Shown here piece after piece: positions 59,037 through 64,000 of a DNA stretch of 64,000 nt; within the stretch, counting starts at the first letter, position 1; each line of letters starts with the position of its first letter. The stretch is from Porticoccaceae bacterium (GTDB taxonomy: Bacteria > Pseudomonadota > Gammaproteobacteria > Pseudomonadales > Porticoccaceae), in contig NZIZ01000047.1 in NCBI GenBank assembly GCA_002691825.1, positions 40,940-104,939 on the forward strand, in the 5' to 3' direction. Both the position numbers and the translations under genes were made by a program. The notes under the pieces are model-generated. The model did not search any database. It was given only the letters and a program-made list of their open reading frames with translations, and had not been told where the DNA came from.

Positions 59037-59654
59037 ATGGTTAAGCCGAAGAAGCGGATTTGGATCCAGAACCATGTGAAAGATCTACACGTAAAGAAAA
59101 GTATAAATGATGGCTATAGATCCAGAGCAAGCTACAAACTTCTGCAGATTGATGAAAAAGACAAACTTTTCAAAGTCGGAATGACAGTGGTGGATCTTGG
59201 AGCCGCACCAGGGGGATGGGCTCAAGTCGCCTCGAAATTGGTAGGCAAAAGCGGAATGGTAGTGGCAATCGATCTTTTGCCGATTGAGGCAATTGCTGGT
59301 GTGAAATTTTTGCAAGGCGATGTGGAAGACGGCACCATGTCTGCCCGGCTTCAAGACATGGTGGGCTTTAAGAAGACTGACGTTATAATGTCAGATATGG
59401 CGCCCAATTTGAGTGGCATTAGTGATATTGATGGCCCGAAGATAATACATCTTGCTAACTTGGCGTTGGAGTTGTCTGAGAAAATTTTAAAAAATGGCGG
59501 GAGTTTGGTCGTGAAACTATTCCATTCCGAAGAAGTAAATGGGTTTGTGCGAAAGCTCAGAAGAGTGTTTAATACTCTTAAAATCAGGAAGCCCAAGGCA
59601 TCGCGTTCAGGTTCATCAGAAGTGTACGTCGTGGCCAAAGGGTATAGAGGCTGA
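59037..59654 (+). CDS. rlmE: 23S rRNA Um2552 methyltransferase
   Basis: [41 protein letters not shown]. Confidence 0.97.
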   Translation: MVKPKKRIWIQNHVKDLHVKKSINDGYRSRASYKLLQIDEKDKLFKVGMTVVDLGAAPGGWAQVASKLVGKSGMVVAIDLLPIEAIAGVKFLQGDVEDGTMSARLQDMVGFKKTDVIMSDMAPNLSGISDIDGPKIIHLANLALELSEKILKNGGSLVVKLFHSEEVNGFVRKLRRVFNTLKIRKPKASRSGSSEVYVVAKGYRG

Positions 59655-59667
59655 TAGAGGTGTTGTT

Positions 59668-61575
59668 ATGAATGATTTGGCTAAAAACTTAGTAGTTTGG
59701 CTTGTCCTTGCCGCAGTGTTGCTGTCGGTCTTCAACAGTTTTTCTCCGCCGCCAACAGATAATAGCCTCGGATATTCTGATTTCGTAGTGGACGTGCAAA
59801 ACGAACGAGTGGCTTCCGTAATTATCGAAGGTCTCGTCATAGAGGGAGAGCGGAGGGATGGAACGAAATTTCGAACGGTGCTTCCCACAATCGGTGATCA
59901 AGGCTTGATGGATGACTTATTAAATCATAATGTAAAAATTATAGCGCGGGATCCAGAAGCGCCGAGTTTAATTTCACAGTTGTTGGTAGCCGCATTTCCC
60001 ATTCTTCTCATACTTGGAATATTCATGTTTTTCATGCGCCAGATGCAAGGCGGCGGCGGCGGGAAGGGCGGGCCCATGAGCTTTGGAAAAAGTAAGGCAA
60101 AGCTCCTCACAGGGGATCAGATCAACACCACGTTTGCCGACGTGGCTGGTGTTGATGAAGCCAAAGAGGATGTTAGTGAACTGGTGGAGTTCTTGAGCGA
60201 CCCTTCCAAATTTCAGCGCCTTGGCGGACGAATCCCAAAGGGTGTTCTCATGGTAGGCCCTCCCGGTACTGGCAAAACTTTGCTTGCCAAGGCGATTGCA
60301 GGCGAAGCACAGGTACCGTTTTTTTCAATCTCAGGGTCAGATTTTGTTGAAATGTTCGTTGGAGTTGGAGCGTCGCGAGTCCGAGATATGTTTGAGCAGG
60401 CGAAAAGACAGGCACCTTGCATAATTTTTATTGATGAAATAGATGCTGTTGGCCGTCATCGCGGGGGCGGCTACGGAGGAGGTAATGACGAGCGAGAACA
60501 AACCCTAAACCAATTACTTGTTGAAATGGATGGATTTGAGGGAACAGAGGGGGTAATTGTAATTGCTGCGACAAACCGGCCAGATGTTTTGGACAAAGCT
60601 TTGTTGCGCCCAGGCAGATTCGACCGACAGGTTTATGTTGGATTGCCGGATATTCGAGGTCGCGAACAAATTCTGCGTGTACATTCAAGAAAAGTACCTT
60701 TGGAGGAATCTGTGGAATTAAATGTGTTAGCTAGGGGTACTCCCGGTTTTTCTGGAGCAGATTTGGCGAACCTTGTAAATGAGGCCGCTTTGTTTGCCGC
60801 CCGAGGCGACAGACGCATGGTAGCGATGGCGGAGTTTGAAAAAGCAAGAGATAAAATAATGATGGGCGCAGAGCGTCGCTCAATGGTGATGTCAGATAAA
60901 GAAAAGATCAACACAGCTTATCATGAAGCGGGACATGCCATTATTGGTCGCCTTGTCCCAGAACATGACCCTGTGCATAAAGTAACTATTATCCCTCGCG
61001 GGAGAGCTTTAGGAGTGACACAGTACTTGCCCGAGGAAGATCGTTACAGCATGAGTAAACGGCAAATCTTTGGGCAGCTCTGTAGTCTTTTTGGTGGTCG
61101 GATTGCTGAGGAGCTTGTTGGCGGTTTTGATGGAGTGACCACTGGAGCTCAAAATGACATTGAGCGGGCAACACAGATGGCGCGAAACATGGTAACCAAG
61201 TGGGGTTTGACGGAAAGGATGGGCCCAGTTTTGTACGGTGAAGATGAATCGCAAGCTCCCGGTGGAGGAAACACGCACTACTCAGAAGGTACCTCAAGGG
61301 AAATAGATGAAGAAGTGCGCCTCATATTGGACAGTGCTTACATTCGATCAAAGGCGCTCTTAGAAGAGTATAGAGATGTGCTTGAGTCCATGAAGGATGC
61401 GCTAATCGAGTATGAAACAATAGACGCAGAGCAGGTGGATGACTTAATGAGGCGGATTCCTGTGCGTCCACCGAGACATTGGGATGATGACGATAAAGGC
61501 GGTATTCAAGGCGATCAGGTCGACATCGGCAGCGATGCTGCTGATGCTATTGGCACTGCGGTAGAGGGTGCGTAA
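59668..61575 (+). CDS. ftsH: ATP-dependent zinc metalloprotease FtsH
   Basis: [11 protein letters not shown] start (GAGG RBS), [28 protein letters not shown]. Confidence 0.98.
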   Translation: MNDLAKNLVVWLVLAAVLLSVFNSFSPPPTDNSLGYSDFVVDVQNERVASVIIEGLVIEGERRDGTKFRTVLPTIGDQGLMDDLLNHNVKIIARDPEAPSLISQLLVAAFPILLILGIFMFFMRQMQGGGGGKGGPMSFGKSKAKLLTGDQINTTFADVAGVDEAKEDVSELVEFLSDPSKFQRLGGRIPKGVLMVGPPGTGKTLLAKAIAGEAQVPFFSISGSDFVEMFVGVGASRVRDMFEQAKRQAPCIIFIDEIDAVGRHRGGGYGGGNDEREQTLNQLLVEMDGFEGTEGVIVIAATNRPDVLDKALLRPGRFDRQVYVGLPDIRGREQILRVHSRKVPLEESVELNVLARGTPGFSGADLANLVNEAALFAARGDRRMVAMAEFEKARDKIMMGAERRSMVMSDKEKINTAYHEAGHAIIGRLVPEHDPVHKVTIIPRGRALGVTQYLPEEDRYSMSKRQIFGQLCSLFGGRIAEELVGGFDGVTTGAQNDIERATQMARNMVTKWGLTERMGPVLYGEDESQAPGGGNTHYSEGTSREIDEEVRLILDSAYIRSKALLEEYRDVLESMKDALIEYETIDAEQVDDLMRRIPVRPPRHWDDDDKGGIQGDQVDIGSDAADAIGTAVEGA

Positions 61576-61641
61576 CATTTATTTTCTTTAGACTTTCCAG
61601 TAGCAGCCCTTTGACTTTGACCATGAACTTAGAGAAGGGGA

Positions 61642-62475
61642 GTGGTTATCGAAAGCGGATGCGTCAATTTGTGTAAGTTTCGAATAATGGGAGTCATCAA
61701 TGTTACTCCCGACTCATTTTCCGATGGCGGTCAATTTATTAAAAATGGCCGTATCAACACCGATAGTATCCTACGGACTGTAGATTCAATGTTGGTGGCC
61801 GGAGCAGATATAATTGATGTTGGGGGAGAATCGACTCGTCCTGGCGCTGATCCGGTTGGAGTAGATCATGAGGTTTCCCGAGTCGTGCCGGTCTTAGAAT
61901 TAATCAGAACTCACTTTGATACTCTGTTATCAGTTGATACTAGTTCCGCTAAGCTTATTAGAGAGGCAGTATCAGCTGGAGCGAATTTTATCAACGACGT
62001 AAGAGCGCTGAGGCGACCAGGTGCTTTGGAGGCAGCTGTTGAGTCAAAATTGCCAGTTTGTTTGACTCACATGCAAAATCAGCCTAAGAACATGCAAATT
62101 GAACCCTTTTATTTAAATGTTGTCTCTGATGTGCTTACTTTTTTATTGGAAAGGAAAGACGCTTGTTTAGCCGCTGGAATGGCTCCAGATAAAATCTACA
62201 TAGACCCCGGATTTGGATTTGGAAAGACGCTAGAACATAACGTTACGCTTTTTCGCGCCATTGATCGGTTTGTTGACACTGGTTTTCCAGTTATAGTGGG
62301 TGTTTCGAGAAAGCGAATGATTAGCGAGCTACTTAATGATCCGTCAGAGTGCAGATTAATAGGTAGTGTAACTTTGGCAGTCTTAGCGGCTCAGCGTGGA
62401 GTATCGATTCTGAGGGTGCACGATGTGGATGAGACAGTTAGGGCAATTAAAATTCTTAGTCAAATCGACTTTTAG
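61642..62475 (+). CDS. folP: Dihydropteroate synthase
   Basis: [42 protein letters not shown]. Confidence 0.97.
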   Translation: MVIESGCVNLCKFRIMGVINVTPDSFSDGGQFIKNGRINTDSILRTVDSMLVAGADIIDVGGESTRPGADPVGVDHEVSRVVPVLELIRTHFDTLLSVDTSSAKLIREAVSAGANFINDVRALRRPGALEAAVESKLPVCLTHMQNQPKNMQIEPFYLNVVSDVLTFLLERKDACLAAGMAPDKIYIDPGFGFGKTLEHNVTLFRAIDRFVDTGFPVIVGVSRKRMISELLNDPSECRLIGSVTLAVLAAQRGVSILRVHDVDETVRAIKILSQIDF

Positions 62476-62483
62476 GCTTGGCA

Positions 62484-63827
62484 ATGAAGAGAAACTTTTT
62501 TGGGACCGATGGTATCCGTGGTCGAGTAGGAAAGTTTCCTATTACCGCAGACTTTGTCCTTAAACTAGGTTGGGCCGTAGGACGGTTATTAAATCGATCA
62601 AGCAGTTCGAAAAAACGGGTTCTTATTGGTAAAGATACTAGGGTCTCTGGGTATATGTTTGAGTCAGCATTAGAGGCCGGGCTTATTTCGGCAGGTGTTG
62701 AGGTGGGTATGCTCGGTCCGATGCCTACTCCAGCTATTGCTTATTTAACCAGAGCATTGCGAGCCTCTGCTGGTATTGTAATTAGTGCGTCTCATAATCC
62801 TTACTACGATAATGGCATAAAATTTTTTGGCGCAGATGGATACAAGTTTTCAGAGGAGGTCGAAGCAGAGGTAGAGCGCATTCTCGAATTAGATCAAAAG
62901 ACTATGGATTCTGATAGTCTTGGTAAGGCGTATCGAATCACAGACGCAGATGGTAGATATGTTGAATTTTGTAAAAGTACGTTGCCTCTTGGACACAACT
63001 TAAGCGGCCTTAGAATTGTAGTTGACTGCGCGCATGGAGCCACTTATAGCGTTGCACCGAAGGTATTTAAGGAGCTTGGCGCTGATGTTATCCAAATGGG
63101 GACCTCTCCTGATGGCTTTAATATTAATAGTGGATGTGGGTCTACTGATATTGGCGCACTACAAAATGAAGTGATTACATCGAAAGCAGATTTAGGAGTT
63201 GCGCTTGATGGCGACGGTGACAGGGTGCTCATGGTAGATCATAAAGGGGTAGTGGTAGATGGCGACGAACTTCTCTACGTTATCGCGTCTCATCGAGCAT
63301 CTAAATCTGTTGGTTGCAGCGGCGTAGTAGGCACGTTAATGACTAACATGGGGGTGGAAATTGCGCTTCGTAATAAGAGAATTCCTTTTGAAAGAGTTAA
63401 AGTTGGGGATAGATATGTTGTTCAAAGACTTATTAAAAATAATTGGGATCTAGGCGGTGAGTCATCGGGGCATATCTTGTGTAGGGACATAAATACAAGT
63501 GGGGATGGAATTGTCGGGGCATTGCAGGTAATTAGAGCGCTCTCTGAAACAGGGGTGTCTTTATCCGTAGCTAAAAGCAGTTTATCAAAGTTACCGCAGA
63601 GAGTGATTAATGTCGTAGCGAAAAAAGATGTCGATTTAGAATCTAACCCATATGTGATTCAAGTATTGAAACATGCCGAAAAGGAGTTAAACGGATGTGG
63701 TCGAGTTCTTCTTCGACCCTCGGGAACGGAGCCATTGATTCGCGTGATGGTTGAGGGAGAAAGTAATGAGCTTGTGGACAAGTTGGTTTATGAGATTGCT
63801 GAAGTCGTGCGACGTCAAGTAATGTGA
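62484..63827 (+). CDS. glmM: Phosphoglucosamine mutase
   Basis: [45 protein letters not shown]. Confidence 0.97.
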   Translation: MKRNFFGTDGIRGRVGKFPITADFVLKLGWAVGRLLNRSSSSKKRVLIGKDTRVSGYMFESALEAGLISAGVEVGMLGPMPTPAIAYLTRALRASAGIVISASHNPYYDNGIKFFGADGYKFSEEVEAEVERILELDQKTMDSDSLGKAYRITDADGRYVEFCKSTLPLGHNLSGLRIVVDCAHGATYSVAPKVFKELGADVIQMGTSPDGFNINSGCGSTDIGALQNEVITSKADLGVALDGDGDRVLMVDHKGVVVDGDELLYVIASHRASKSVGCSGVVGTLMTNMGVEIALRNKRIPFERVKVGDRYVVQRLIKNNWDLGGESSGHILCRDINTSGDGIVGALQVIRALSETGVSLSVAKSSLSKLPQRVINVVAKKDVDLESNPYVIQVLKHAEKELNGCGRVLLRPSGTEPLIRVMVEGESNELVDKLVYEIAEVVRRQVM

Positions 63828-63949
63828 GTTTATCTATCCAATACGCTAGTATGTTGTTTTTTATTTCGGCCTAGGTTTGCTTGCGTACCTTCGCGAGAAC
63901 GTGTTTTTGCTTAAGTGCGCTTTAACAACTCATTGAGGAGTCAAAAACA

Positions 63950-64000
63950 TTGTTAATTGTAGGAAATTGGAAGATGAATGGGTCAATAGCCATGGCTTCT
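63950..64000 (+). CDS. tpiA: Triosephosphate isomerase, N-terminal fragment (3' truncated)
   Basis: TTG 63950 after GAGGAG reads (M)LIVGNWKMNGSIAMAS; GNWKMNG is the TPI signature and glmM-tpiA is standard order. Confidence 0.9.
   Translation, partial: MLIVGNWKMNGSIAMAS

Noticed and set aside
59539-59667. N-terminal extension of FtsH, and similar track extensions of gatC, lptC, dopE, hisD and yhdP
   Set aside because: These overlap upstream genes or lack an RBS; downstream ATGs give family-typical N-termini.

Overview
Chromosomal core region of a gammaproteobacterium, probably Cellvibrionales-like (inferred from gene content and order). No rRNA, tRNA, CRISPR, IS or prophage structural genes were seen. 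In order: the tail of a type II secretion cluster (gspK-L-M-C-D plus exeAB); aceK; a domesticated lambda O/P-like replication pair (dopC/dopE-like; a triple DnaT-like repeat protein and a lambda P-like protein) divergent from a LexA-boxed radA; a cobalamin-riboswitch B12 uptake/salvage operon with one decayed pseudogene; an orphan amtB with NtrC-like sites; SPOR, thioesterase, ettA, enoyl-reductase-like, ABC exporter and yheS genes; an unusual ~4 kb cluster of two bactofilins, an orphan ParA-like ATPase, a methyltransferase-fold protein, a DUF2256 mini-protein missed by the ORF track and a renalase-like oxidoreductase that seems to start at ATT; then the housekeeping blocks gatCAB, mreBCD-maf-yhdP, yjgA, rpoN/PTS-Ntr, lptBAC-kdsCD-yrbG, mlaC-ibaG-murA-hisGDC, degS and rlmE-ftsH-folP-glmM-tpiA, from which several usual neighbours (rng, tldD/pmbA, mlaFEDB) are missing. 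Best candidates for a poorly described system are the bactofilin-ParA locus and the SOS-linked dopCE-aceK/radA locus. All calls come from recognising motifs by eye; no database searches were run.
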